A DNA stretch of 64,000 nt from Stegostoma tigrinum (taxonomy: Eukaryota). The translations under genes were made by a program, and so were the position numbers. Location of the stretch: the NCBI RefSeq assembly GCF_030684315.1, contig NC_081365.1:39206985-39270984 (forward strand). Direction: 5' to 3'. Below, in pieces: positions 38,666 to 52,187 of this stretch. The notes beneath the pieces were generated by a model, which saw only the letters and a program-made list of their open reading frames with translations, made no database searches and was not told the DNA's origin. Position 1 is the stretch's first letter. Each line of letters opens with the position of its first letter.

Positions 38666-41600
38666 GTTCATTGTTTTGTCGTTTACCTCAATTCTGCATG
38701 TCACTGCATGAAAGGAAAACGTGGTAATGTGGATGATGAAAAAGAATGTCTAATATCCATAAATAATCTCCACAGGATTAAAAAAAATTGGAAAGTTTTT
38801 AATCAAAGGTGTGCTGACAAGGTACTTCTAGAAACACAATGACTTTTTTCAAGACACATTATTTTATTAACAACAAAATGACAAAAGATTTCAAAGCACA
38901 CCACATTTTAAAATTTACATTAAAATACATCACAAATGAAATTTTGCCATATCATGCACTATTAATAACATAGAAAATACCTAAAACAGGGCATTTGTCC
39001 AGTGAGAAATTGGGAATATTCTTTAACACTTTAAGCAATATTTATGATTTAATTGAAGTGTCAATTTATGACAGGTGTTCCATATCAGTGACAATAAATA
39101 TCACAGTGCCGACAGTATAGAATTGTTTGTTTTGATTATGAGTTGGAGTAAAGACTGCTACCTCACAATTTCAAATTTAATTCAGGTCACCTTCACAGGT
39201 TATGCCGGAAGAAATGCCTGTACACAGGAACAAATGTATCAGACTGGTTGTGTGAGATGTTCATTCTTCAATTAATTTTAATACTGTGAAGCACTCATTT
39301 TTCAACAATTTTCCAAGTTAGCAGTGGGATTTCAAACTAGAAGGTCTCATCTTGTAGACGATCTTTACCAGCAGGCAGTGCAAGGACCCCTTGAAATCAA
39401 TTTGCGAATATGTCAGCATTATAGGTACAAAGTGCACTAATCTCATGAGGGGAAAATTATAAACATCTACCAGATTAATAAAATGGTTTCATGTGCTTCT
39501 GACCAAGTTTGAATTTTTGAATTGGTCATGTGGCATCTGACAAAGTTTTAAGAAATTGTGAAGAAAATAGAATGAATCAGATTTAATGCACAATAACTTC
39601 TTCAAGGAAGCACGTTCAGTTCTGCCGCAAGCCTTAAGTTACAACACACTCCATTGGAGAAGCTACACTATTAACATAGGACCACCTGAAATACAATGAT
39701 TCAGTTTCAGTGTCAAATTATCACTCTTTATTCAGTGGTAATGTTTGTTTTCTCTTCGTAAATCCACAATTAACATCTACCAGGTGTGGGAAAACCTTAG
39801 AATGGGTGTTACAGTTGTGTTGGCTTGATGAGATTAATTGTATTTCTAATGACATTCAGAATCTAAGTTTTCTATCTGCTGAAACTATGGGGTAAATTTT
39901 CATCTAGTATTCACATAGGCAGTAAGCTAATGATGTAGATCGCTGCCAAATGTTCAAGCCACTTGAATTTCATTCCATTGATAGGTTCCATAACAGGCTG
40001 GGAGGGGAAGGACATTTCACTCCACCAGAGTACCGTCCATGTGGTGAGGCTGAAAACTTAACCCACTTTTGTCTGACAATCAACCTGACCATAAATGAAG
40101 TTTGCAGTAAGTCACTTTCTGACCATTGAAACATGTTACTGCATGTGCAACAATCAACTATATTCATGGCAAGTTCGACTTGATAGCATTTTAAACATTT
40201 AAACTCACATTCAAAATTGGAGCAGCTCCAAGATGCTTGTGAGTTTTTCAAAGTGCAATAACTCGCTGACATTACACTAACAATGGTCCCATTCATTAGT
40301 AGTTATGTGCTGATACCATTTTACAAACTATTTCAAAAACCATTGTGAGTAGAACAGCAAAAGACAGCTTCACATGGAACATAAGACAAATATGATGGTC
40401 GAATCAATCCTGAAAAGCACAATCCATTATACTTGAACTCTGTATTCTACCTTGCATTCACCATCTACCCAATTTTCCAAAATAACTGATACATATTTTG
40501 AAAAAATTTTCAAAAAACCTAAAAGTTTTCAATTTCACTTTGTATGAGTACCCATCTTTACCCCCCTGAGATCTGACGACACATGATATGGCTCATTCAG
40601 CTTGTCAGGCAACAGGTTATTGTAAATTGTACTAAAATTCCATGACAGATGATATTCACATGTATCATATTGATTTCAACCAGCAATATCTAACCCACAA
40701 AAAACTGTCCTGTTAAATGTTATAGGTGCCATAATACATAGGTAATGCATGCAGACTTGATTAAATGTAATTTAACATAATATTTACCACTATAACTAAT
40801 AGAAATATGTGGATTTAGATATCCGCTTCTAGTTTGAATTTGACCAACTGGAAAATGATGCACTCAATTATTATTTAGCATAGTTTTAATATACAAGTCA
40901 TTTCTTCACTGAAATTCAAATTTGCAAAACAAAAAAAAATGAAGGAAGACTTATGCAGTGAGATTTGCTGCATTGCTCCAGGTGAAAAGTATCTGGCTAA
41001 TTCCCCAGTCATCCCACAGATTGATAGATATTGTGAGAAATGGAAGATTGAGGTATTAGTTGAAAATATCTTTATTATAAAGTGGATTCAAACTTGGAAT
41101 AGCTCTCTTTCAATCTGTCTAGCAAGCATATTAGAATTTGCACTGAGAGGAATTTGAATACACGATGGAATCGTGCTGATTTGAAAGATTTGCTTGGAAC
41201 TTTAGCAAATACCTAATGTCTCTTAACTTTATTTGATATGCCTATTCTCCATCCACACAGCTTCCCAAACATATGTAATATTTCAAATAAACTGTTTTGT
41301 TATAAATATAAATGAGGAAAAAGATATTTCCACTGGCAGAAGGCTGGATTTAAGAGTACCTAATTAAGATAATTATCAAAAGAACCAGAGGGGAAATGGA
41401 GAGAATTCTTTTTAAGTAGCAAGCTGTTATTACATTCATTTACTGGAACACATTGCCTGAAAGGGTGCTGAAAGCAGATTCAAAAGTGAACTGAAATACC
41501 CTCAAAAAGGAAACATTTGCACTTGGGGGCAAGAAGATGGTAATGGCACAAATATGGATATGTCAGAAAACTGACAAAAGCACAGTGGCCATATTCTATA

Positions 41601-42059
41601 CTGTATGAGTCTATGAAAGCAGTTTCTTTCAGGGTGGAATGGATGACCCAGGAAAAAGGGTAAATAGTTGAATAGTGGTGTGTACTGAATTACTTGATCC
41701 CCTTTGAGAAGCAGCTGCATACTTCAATTGCATCCAGCCATTCTGAACTAGAGGCTGAATTCTAGACAGAATGACTGAGGCTGGAAAATGTGTGAGAAAC
41801 GTCAATGAGAATAGATACATCCTTTACACCATTCATAATCAAGCAGTTTACTTGAAATTACTATTCATGATCAGAAATAAAGAGTGCCAATTTGGATGGG
41901 ATGATGTACTGGGGGTGCTGTACATGGAATTGTACTCCAGCAAGGTTGTGTGAAATTCAAAGATTTGAACAATCTATAGAAAGTATCTAAAAGCATAGGA
42001 GAAATACCACAAGTGCTATCTTTAGAACTTTTTACAAATCTGGTGACCACAAAGGTGGT

Positions 42060-42480
42060 CCAGTGACTTGCTTAATGTTCAGCTGAAAATGAGTCAAAAC
42101 CAGCTCTGAACCTGAACATGCCATTCATATTCCTGATTTCAGGCTCCTGAAGCAATGTTCCACTTGGAGATCAGTTGTAGCAAGAAACTCCCAGGAGACT
42201 GCAGAAATGCTTTAGAGGTCTCCTTAAAACATTCCAGGAAAGGTCTCACATACCCACTGACTCAGGAAAAGCCTTCTTGTGAATAATGAAAATGGGGAAG
42301 GCTCGTTCAGGAGAGCATCGTGACACTTTGTCAGGAAAATAGAGGTGAAGTCCAGGCTTTGGAGGGACATTAACCTCTAAACAGTCTACCTACCCAATCT
42401 TAAAGAGTTACCTACCCCACCTTTGATAGAATCTGCAGATCATGCAATAGATTGATTAGCCGTTTCAAAAGCCAAATGAA
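42060..42480 (+). mobile_element. Ancient RTE-clade LINE 3' remnant
   Basis: caggctcctgaagcaa...agcaagaaactcccagga...aaatgctttagaggtctccttaaa resembles RLPKQ...GKR..GGQ.KRFKD.LK. Confidence 0.5.
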
Positions 42481-43461
42481 TTGAAGTTGAAACAGGATTT
42501 TGCTTGACCCTTGCAGACAGTTTAAGAACAGAATTCTCCAGCAAGATTCAGGATCTTCAGGTGGTATGGAAGGAATATAGAAAATTAATTAAAGAGGTAA
42601 AAAACAAAAGGGGAGAAAATGTTTGGCTTATCACTGTGAGTTTACGGATATTTCAGTTTTGTACCTACTGGAATAAGCGATTTGTGATAAACCACTTACC
42701 AATTTAAATACATGTTTATGAACTGTTACTTGAGATTTAAAAAAAAATGTTTTGAGGGTTGGGATAGAAATAGTTAACCTTAGCTTTCAATAACATTAAT
42801 ACCATTTCTATCACAGAGATGTTTCCTATCACATTGATACTTCTTCTTTACAAAGCTCTGGTGTGGGGGAATAGGATGCTTTTCAAAAGGTAGGTGCAGA
42901 CTTAATGGGCTGATTGGCCTCTTCCAGCCTTTTCTCAATAAATAGTTTGCAAGTACATTTTCATTGAACAAATAAACTCTTGATTGCACAAGTAGATAAT
43001 GAAAATGTTAAAAATCATGCCAATTTTTTTACAACTCTTGGAAACTTGCAATATCTGCAATTTGAAATTCATTATCAGTTTTCCTGTAGATTATAGGAAT
43101 GGTATGAATCATGCGCATCACTCGTCATTATACTTTCATTTAAATATTAATTAAAGAGTATGCTTGCATGGCTTGTATTATCAGAATACTGCTGACTGTA
43201 GGATTTTCTGCAATACACAATAAAAGCCCAAGGCACCAACTTTATCATTTGTCATTTTTACATTTCTGCTCAATTATCCAAACCAAACGCAAAAGTTGAA
43301 TATGCATTTGCTGAAGATCCAGATAACGCCCAATTACAGTCTGCTTTTTGAAGTTGTGGTATGATCTTTTGTGAATGCTAGTGCAGAACCAGTTATGTCT
43401 TTCCTGGCTTGCTCAGTCAAGACTTATGTTTAATAGACCCATATTGCTACTTTACTCATTC

Positions 43462-43562
43462 ATGGCTTTGGTGGTGGTGCCAATTGACTTTATCCAGAAA
43501 TATTGCTGTTGCCATTTCACACAACTTGGCAACTCGCAGACTGTGCTGGGTAAGTCAGAATC
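43462..43562 (+). repeat. 101 bp direct repeat, copy 1
   Basis: 97/101 identical to 44563-44663. Confidence 0.95.
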
Positions 43563-44562
43563 TGTATCCTTGATCTTTTTTTAGAGTCAGCATTATCCAA
43601 AGTTGGTGGAACTCCGCCAGAAATTTTCCAGAATTAAAAGTGTTAGGGAATGCCCAATAGAATTTTTCAGTCAACAATTTCATAGTCATTACCAAGCTAT
43701 GAACCCAGTAAAACTGTTCACTTTCTCAGTATAGCCAAATGTTTCAATGGGTTTGATGAAACAAACCTTTTCATCGGCCAAATTGGTGTCTTCTACAGCC
43801 TGCCATATATATGTTATCTTAAATAACAGCGTTCCCAAAACAATTCATCCATTACTGGACTAATAATTTGCAGTGTATTTAATTACCAGATGTAAATTCA
43901 ATGCTTCTTTGCAGACCAGTCACAGTTTTCAGCTGGTTCCGTCTGTTCGTTGAGTGAACTCCACAAAAATATAATTCCGCAATTCTACTACTGATGCATC
44001 TCAGGATGGCCTTTAACCGATATTGATAGTCAAACTCAAATATTTAATATATTTTATTACTCATTTATCATTAGGTTCCATGACTTTATAGAGATTGTGC
44101 TATTTCTATTGCATTTTACCATTAGAAATGCTTAGAAAATTAGAAATTTCCAGAACTTATTTTACATGGTGATTTCCCACTTCTTCCACTCACACTTGAG
44201 AATCTTTATTTGAATAAACTGCTTTGGTTTACTAACTCAATAACACATTTTTTATTGCTTCCTTTGTCTGTGCTTTTTTTTAAAAACGTGTTTTGAATGA
44301 TTAGTACTTAATAAGTTCAAAGTTATGTAAATGAATGTTTCACTTCCCAACATAAAGTTGGGTAAGTGATACTTTCAAATCAGTAGAACCCAAATTCGGA
44401 GAAGCACAAATTCAGAGGAAATATCTGCGAAAGCAAGTTTCATAAGCCAGGGAATTCAAACATTTTAAGGAATGTTGAACTTATTATAGTGAGACTAATG
44501 TGCAGTGCAAAAGTTATGTTACAATGTGAACTTCTGACACAAGGGAGGAAAGGACACAATTT

Positions 44563-44663
44563 ATGGCTTTGGTGGTGGTGCCAATGGACTTTGTCCAGAA
44601 ATATTGCTGTTGCCATTTCACACAACTTGGCAACTCACAGACTGTGCCGGGTAAGTCAGAATC
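44563..44663 (+). repeat. 101 bp direct repeat, copy 2
   Basis: 97/101 identical to 43462-43562. Confidence 0.95.
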
Positions 44664-45309
44664 GGAAACATGATACATTATGTTACTTTAGATTTAGCAT
44701 TTTAATCCATCACATCACTTGGCATTGGGACTGTGTAGAACAGTCCATGAGACTATAAGTGATCAACTAACTTTACTAGCAACTCCACAGCTCTTTCATA
44801 TTGTCCAATGATGGCTATACATAACAATTGGACATCAAAGGCATGTTCTCCCTTGCTACGCTGACCAATGAATACATTGTGTGCCACTGGCCACATGTTC
44901 AAAAGGAGGATCTTTTGCCTAAGTACTTGATCAGATGAGGAATCAAGTGATTGTGTTCAGGATGAGATGCTGTGACATGCAAATAAGATATAAATTTAGA
45001 TTTTAGAGGAAAACTAAAGTAAATTTTTAAACAAAACTTACTATCATAGTTCATCATTACTGCAAGAGGACAGCAAACTTAATAAAAGTGCTGAGCATTA
45101 GAAATACCAAATATAACCTAAAACCATTGCTGGTCATCCAACAAATATCATTGAAGGCAGGTAAAAGCATTATCAGACTCTCACCTGAAAATTTTCAGCT
45201 TCTGTGAACTGTAACAATAGTGTATAAATTAGAAATACTAAGTTAGGGATGCATTGGCTTACAACAGCCCTACATGTTTGAGTACTGTGCTCCTGGTACA
45301 TGGTTTTTA

Positions 45310-45475
45310 TACATTTTATTTTATTCATTTGTGGGATGTGGGCATTGCTGGCTGGCTGGCTGGCATTTATTGCCCATCCCTTGTTGCCCTTGAGAAGGTG
45401 GTGGTGAGCTGCCTTTTTGGATCACTACAGTTGACCCACAATGCCATTAGAGAAGGAAGTTTAGAAATATGACAT
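45310..45475 (-). mobile_element. CR1/L2-group LINE 3' tail fragment
   Basis: Reverse complement of the 37660-37818 tail. Confidence 0.75.
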
Positions 45476-47308
45476 GTGTGGGACATAAACCAGATGAAGA
45501 AAGAGTAATTTTATCTCGAAAGTACAGTTAATTCTATTCTGTTTAGTTTGTGCAGTGGGATTTATGTGAACAGAGATCTCTTCTATCAGATCAAATGAAA
45601 CAAATAATCACTTATCAATTCAAAACTGATTTGCATCAAAATTATATCAATTCAACATGAAAACTAAAGATTTGGTTATGCATAGAGGTCCAGCTAGGTT
45701 GGCTAATCCTCTCACATATTATCTTGTTTGAACTCCATCCCTATAGTTTGATGTTGCCCTCATAAGACCGCTCAGATTTCTGGCATTCACCTTTCCAAGC
45801 TCATTTCTCTTTCTATTCTTTTCTCCCCCTATTGTGGAATTTCTGGTTTTTAAGAGTTTGATTCAATTAAATCATCATTTTTGTTTTAGTGCAAAACATT
45901 TTTACCCTGAAAAATTATCAATAATTCAGAGCTACCCACAGCATAACCTCACTGTGTGATGTGAAATCTTACATGATTAACATGGTAAATACACATTGAT
46001 TTTGTTTCAACAGAATGTTCTTGAATGTAGAATGTTTGAGACTTTTCTGAAGATATCAAACAGAGACATGTGTTACATGATTGGACTAAATGGGCTTGCA
46101 ACAAAACCAGGATTCTCTCAGCACGTTGAACCCGCTTGGGCATTGATTCTGTTCAGACTTGTCATCATTTCCTTTGACCAAATGATACTCTTTCAAAAAG
46201 AACACTATCAGAACGAAACAAGCAATCATAACAATTCTTGTTCAAACATAGAATAAAAAGTTTTTCAAAAAGTGCAAAAACAACATATAAAAAAAACTAT
46301 CCAGCTGCATGACTACTTTCCATTCTACACAATTGCAGCTTGATCAGATTTCTGTATCAAAAATTCATCAATGAGAAACATTGGCTGTACTTGCTAATAG
46401 TCTACTTAAGCTTTACCTATATTTATTAAGAAGGGACGGAATTTCTTTGTCCATATCCTGTATTAAGTAATATTTGTGTTCGTGCAATCCTGTCATAATG
46501 CAGTCATAACATCGATGACGATCTTTGTAGGATGTCCTTCCTTGCTTTTCTATTGCACAAGTTCTAGTCATTTGACACGTCAAAAAATTGACACAACATG
46601 TTTGAGTCTTTAGTGCTACAGTTTCTTCTCAGCTTTTATGAAGTTTCCACTCCTGTTTTGTTCCATTGTTCAAATGTTCAGAACAGTGCAATGACTGAAC
46701 AGAAAGTCTGGATGTTATGTCCGTCCTTCCAGTTATGACGTTTCTGATTTGGTGTTGACTATTCTCAGACATTATAACTAAGCGTTGGGGCAGTTAAGTG
46801 TAATGAAGCATTAAAAAATTCTAAATCTTACATCATTACAGCTCAATATTTCTCTCCACAGGTCTGCATTTGCTACAGTTCTGTATTTTTCAAAATTGAC
46901 AATAGTCTTAACATTCAGGAGATCATCTGACATATTAATGAGATCGGACTTATTACACATGGCAGACTAGTGTGACAAGCAGAGCTCTCATGCAGTTAAA
47001 AACAGTTGGCAGAAGACTACACATCTACATTAGTGTAAAATTAAACATTCCAAACAGATCAACTAATTGTGTTGGGAGTAATGGGGAGAAGACCATTTGA
47101 GGCAAATATCTTGGAATAAAAGTACCCACTCTCCCTCCTACCTCACTGCCATGACCCTCAGAATGTACATTCTTAATGTGGAAGATATTGCTTCCAAATG
47201 TGGATTTTTTTGGGAGGGTAATTATTGATCCTTAATTCATTATAACTTTAACACCATCAGTTGAATATCATTTAGATTTTTTTTAAAAGCTATATGCCTG
47301 CTCGTTTG

Positions 47309-47559
47309 TTAACCGAGGCTTCCTGGTCCTATTCTGAAATCTGGTGGCTCAAGGCTTGTTGGAGAATAAGTCACTGCGGGTTCTTTAATCCAGAGCAACG
47401 GGACACCATTTTTGCCATCAGACTTCTTCTGTGAGTTTAGGGTTTTATAGCGTGTTAATAAAATGGCAATAAGCAGGACTCCAAATATTGGAAAAGGGTA
47501 GAAAAATATAAAGTAGAAAAGGGCATCATTTGAACAAATTGCTTCCTGAAGAGAAGAAC
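47309..47559 (-). CDS. IGSF3: IGSF3 terminal coding exon (transmembrane helix and cytoplasmic tail)
   Basis: (G)SSLQEAICSNDALFYFIFFYPFPIFGVLLIAILLTRYK...SDGKNGVPLLWIKEP...YSPTSLEPP closely matches the recalled human IGSF3 C-terminus; acceptor ttcctacAG, phase 1, joins in frame to the 58185 donor; TAA at 47309-47311. Confidence 0.93.
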
Positions 47560-47754
47560 CTGTAGGAAAGAAATAATGAAAATCAGAAACTTTCTTATTT
47601 TTTGACATTGCCTTTCCCCTACGCTTCCACTTCCCTCTGCAATGACTGCCTCAACTTCTTCCTTTACTCTGTGTTATTCGAAACACGAACTACTGACCTG
47701 AGTCCCGAGCATCCCATCCTCAAAGCTAAAGGAGATATCTTTGCAACAACATCT

Positions 47755-48112
47755 TCTAATAGGACTGGACAGGGTAGATGCAGGGAGGATGTTCCTGATG
47801 GTGGGTGTGTCTAGAACCGTGGTCACAGTGTGAGGATTCAGGGTAGACAATTTGGAATGGAGATGAGGAGACATTTCTTCACCCAAAGAGTGGTGAGCCT
47901 GTGGAATTCATTACCACAGAAAGTAGTTGATTCCAAAACATAGAATGTATTCAAGAGGCAACTAGATATAGCACTTGGGGTGAATGGGATCAAAGGTTAT
48001 GGGGAGAAAACAGGTTTAGGCTGTTGGGTTGGACAATCAGCCATGATCATGAGGAATGGCGGAGCAGACTCAAAGGGTCGAATGGCCTCCTCCTGCTCCT
48101 ATGTTCTATGTT
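47755..48112 (+). mobile_element. CR1 LINE 3' fragment
   Basis: RRHFFTQRVVSLWNSLP; tail cctatgttctatg. Confidence 0.85.
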
Positions 48113-48890
48113 TTATATTTCATTGACAATATCTGGATGATTCTCGATATATATCTGGTGGTAATACTTCATATGCTCATTTGGAGAAACTTTAGGAACA
48201 AAAATTACATTAACCTGAAATCAGTGATTAATTCCTGTTTGTATTTGAATGTATGAAACAAACACTAAATACCAAAATGATGTAAGTGATATTATGATTT
48301 GAATTTTTTTTTTCTTTTTAATTAGGATTTCTTCGAGGATTACAGATTGAATTCACAGGTAACTGGCATTTTTAAAAAAGTGGCAGTTCCTTTTTGTGAT
48401 ATTTAGCCAAATGTCAAAATAGAATTGCCTGAAGTATATGGACAGATGCCTTGCTGTTACAATTTAAAAGTTGACACTGCAAAGTCTACCTTATTAACAT
48501 CTGGCCACTAGTGTCAAATTTTGAAAAGATATCTTATAGCCTAGTCAAGCTGCATCCTGGCACAGTTATGGCCACAGAATCATCTCTTGCACACAATCTC
48601 CTAAGTATTGCCATTGCTATTCCTGGGCATGTCCAGACCATTCCACAGAACGGATCCAGAGCATAGTGGCACACAGTTAGAAAGAAGCTGTACTGGGAGA
48701 CTTCAGCGCTGACTCCTGACTTCATGAACTGTCATAGCATCAGGTGAAACCTGAGCAAAGAAACTTTCTGCTGATGATCGCAGACCAACCACATCCACCT
48801 CTCCCCTCAGCTGATAAATCAGTTTTCCTCCATGTTGAACACCACTTGGAGGAACCACTGAAGAAATAAAAGGAACAGAATGTAATCTGG

Positions 48891-50957
48891 GATAATGGGA
48901 ACTGCAGATGCTGGAGAATCCAAGATAACAAAATGTGGACCTGGATGAACACAGCAGGCTAAGCAGCATCTCAGGAGCACAGAAGCTGATGTTTTGGGTC
49001 TAGACCCTTCAGAGAGGGTGATGGGGAGATGGCCCCACCGAACCTATCTCCACCTATCTGGACTCCATTTTCTCCCCTTTGGTCCAGGAACTCCCCACCT
49101 ATGTCTGTGACACCACCCACGCCCTCCACCTCCTCCAGGACTTCCAATTCCCTGGCCCCCAACACCTCATTTTCACCATGGACGTCCATTCCCTATACAC
49201 CTGTATTCCTCATGCAGATGGCCTCAAGGCCCTCCGCTTCTTACTGTCCCGCAGGCCCGACCAATCCCCCTCCACCGACACCCTCATCCGCCTAGCCGAA
49301 CTTGTCCCCACCCTCAAGAAATTCTCTTTCGATTCCTCCCACTTCCTACAGACAAAGGGGGTGGCCATGGGTCCCCGCATGGGCCCAGGCTATGCCTGCC
49401 TCTTTGTAGGTTACGTGGAACAGTCCCTCTTCCGCACCTACACAGGCCCCACACCCCATCTCTTCCTCCGTTACATTGATGATTGTATCGGCGCCGCCTC
49501 TTGCTCCCCAGAGGAGCTCGAACAGTTCATCCACTTTACCAACACCTTCCACCCCAACCTCAAGTTCACTTGGGCCATCTCCAACACATCCCTCACCTTC
49601 CTGGACCTCTCAGTCTCCATCTCAGGTAACCAGCTAGAAACTGATGTCCATTTCAAGCCCACTGACTCCCACAGCTACCTAGAATACACCTCCTCCCACC
49701 CACCCTCCTGTAAAAATTCCATCCCCTATTCCCAATTCCTCCGCCTTCGCCACATCTGCTCCCAGGATGAGGCATTCCACTCCCGCACATCCCAGATGTC
49801 CACGTTCTTCCAGGACCGCAACTTTCCCCCCGCAGTAGTCAAGAACGCCCTTGACCACGTCTCCCGCATTTCCCACAACACATCCCTCACACACCGCCCC
49901 CAGAGGATCCCCCTCGTCCTCACATACCACCCCACCAACCTCCGGATACAACGTATCATCTTCCGTCACTTCCGCCATCTACAATCCAACCCCACCACCC
50001 AAGCCATTTTTCCATCCCCACCCTTGACTGCCTTCCGGAGAGACCACTCTCTCCGCGACTCCCTTGTCCACTCCACACTCCCCTCCAACCCCACCACACC
50101 CGGCACCTTCCTCTGCAACCGCAGGAAGTGCTACACTTGCCCCCACACCTCCTCCCTTACCCCTATCCCAGGCCCCAGGATGATCTTCCATATCAAACAG
50201 TTGTTCACCTGCACATCTGCCAATGTGGTATACTGTATCCATTGTATCCGGTGTGGCTTCCTCTACATTGGGGAAACCAAGCGGAGGCTTGGGGACCGCC
50301 TTGCAGAACACTTCCGCTCGGTTCGCAACAAACAACTGCACCTCCCAGTCGCGAACCATTTCCACTCCCCCTCCCATTCCTCAGACGACAGACGACATGT
50401 CCATCATGGGCCTCCTGTGGTGCCACAATGATGCCACCCGAAGGTTGCAGGAACAGCAACTCATGTTCCACTTGGGAACCCTGCAGCCCAATGGTATCAA
50501 TGTGGACTTCACAAGCTTCAAAATCTCCCCTTCCCCTACTGCATCCCAAAACCAGCCCAGTTCTTTCCCTCCACCTACTGCATGACAAAACCAGCCCAGC
50601 TCGTCCCCTCCCCCCACTGCATCCCAAAACCAGCCCAGCCTGTCTCTGCTTCCCTAACCTGTTCTTCCTCTCACCTATCCCTTCCTCCCACCTCAAGCCG
50701 CACCTCCATTTCCTACCTACCACCTCATCCCGCCTCCTTGACCTGTCCCCTCCCTACCTTCCTGCCTATACTCACCTCTCTACCCATCTTGTTTTCTCTC
50801 CATCTTCGGTTCGCCTCCCCCTCTCTCCCTATTTATTCCAGTTCCCTTTCCCCATCCCTCTCTCTGATGAAGGGTCTCGGCCCGAAACGTCAGCTTTTGT
50901 ACTCCTGAGATGCTGCTTGGCCTGCTGTGTTCATCCAGCTCCACACTTTGTTATCTT
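48891..50957. mobile_element. Penelope-like (Neptune-type) insertion: short inverted full-terminus arm 48891-49028 plus long forward copy 49030-50957
   Basis: Perfect 15 bp TSD agaatgtaatctggg at 48877-48891 and 50958-50972; hammerhead core 50864-50891. Confidence 0.95.
49079..50431 (+). pseudogene. PLE reverse transcriptase + GIY-YIG ORF, 5'-truncated and frameshifted near the C-terminus
   Basis: TMDVHSLYT (A), QTKGVAMG (B), LRYIDD (C), FLDL, CNRRKCYTC, VVYCI...LYIGET; 7 bp duplication agacgac near 50383-50396 shifts the frame. Confidence 0.92.
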
Positions 50958-52011
50958 AGAATGTAATCTGGGTTTGGTCCTCAATGCGCCACACCAAAAG
51001 TGGCTGGGTAGCCGCATTACTGACCGAGCTGGTCATGTCCAAAAAGGTCATAGCTGCTGGACAGGTCCTGCAGGAACTGATGAGGGAACTAACAGGAGGG
51101 AAAATTATACTTACCATGGTCTCACTATGCAAAGCAGAAAAGATGTGTCTGTCCATGATCATTTCAGTATGAGTGACCACTGCACAGAGCTGGAGGAGAC
51201 GCGGTGCTATCTTCACATTAATGATAATTATCATTATGTTATGGGGTACTTCTAACATATTGAATGGGATAAGTTTCAGACAGGTCTGACAACTCATGTA
51301 TGTGCATGCTTGAGGAATTAAGGATCATCATCAACAGCGTAATTATACTTAACCATAATCCGTAACATCATGGTTCCACTACTAACACTAAGCCAAGGAA
51401 TCAACTGCGAGCCAATGCATAATGCAGATGGTCATGCCAGCAGCAGCAGCATTAAAACGGATCAGATCTAAGCTCTGCAATCATGTCACATTCAGTCATG
51501 AATGGTAATTGACAACTAAATAACCCATTTTGTGGAGGAGGTTCTGTAGGTATTCTCATTCTCAATACATCAGCACAAAAGACGAGGCAGAAGCATTCCT
51601 AAGCATCTTCAGCCAAGCAGATGATTCACTTCAGATTCCTTGGAAGGTCCTTTGCATCACAGCTGCTAATCTTCAATGAATTTGATTCAGTCAACATGAT
51701 GAAGAAACAGCTGAAGACATTAAGTATCACATAGGATACGGCCCTGACAACATTTGGCAGCAGTACTGAAGAAATGTGCTCCAGAAGTTGCCTTGCAAAG
51801 CTGTCCCAGTACAACTACATCACTAGTATTTAACTGACAATTTGGAAACTTAGCCAGGTATTTGTGGTCGCATACACTGAAAAAAGGACAAGTCTAATCC
51901 AACCAATTACCAGCCCATCAGTCTACTCTCGATCATGAGTAAAGTGATGGAAGGTGTCATCAACAGTGCTATCAAGCAGCAGTTAACAAAAACCTGCTCA
52001 CTGACTCTTAT

Positions 52012-52187
52012 TAACAAAGTGTGGAGCTGGATGAACACAGCAGGCCAAGCAGCATCTTAGGAGCACAAAAGCTGACGCTTCGGGTCTAGTCCCTTCATCA
52101 GTTTTTCTGCTGCTTGGCCTGCTGTGTTCATCCAGCTCCACATTTTGTTATCTTGGATTCTCCAGCATCTGCAGTCCCCATTATCTC
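52012..52187. mobile_element. Miniature PLE fold-back
   Basis: 12 bp TSD ctgactcttatt at 52001-52012 and 52187-52198; inverted arms. Confidence 0.88.

Noticed and set aside
6400-47300. CD58/CD2-like or ATP1A1 exons expected from human synteny downstream of IGSF3
   Set aside because: No Ig-domain or ATPase motifs recognised; divergent short exons could have been missed
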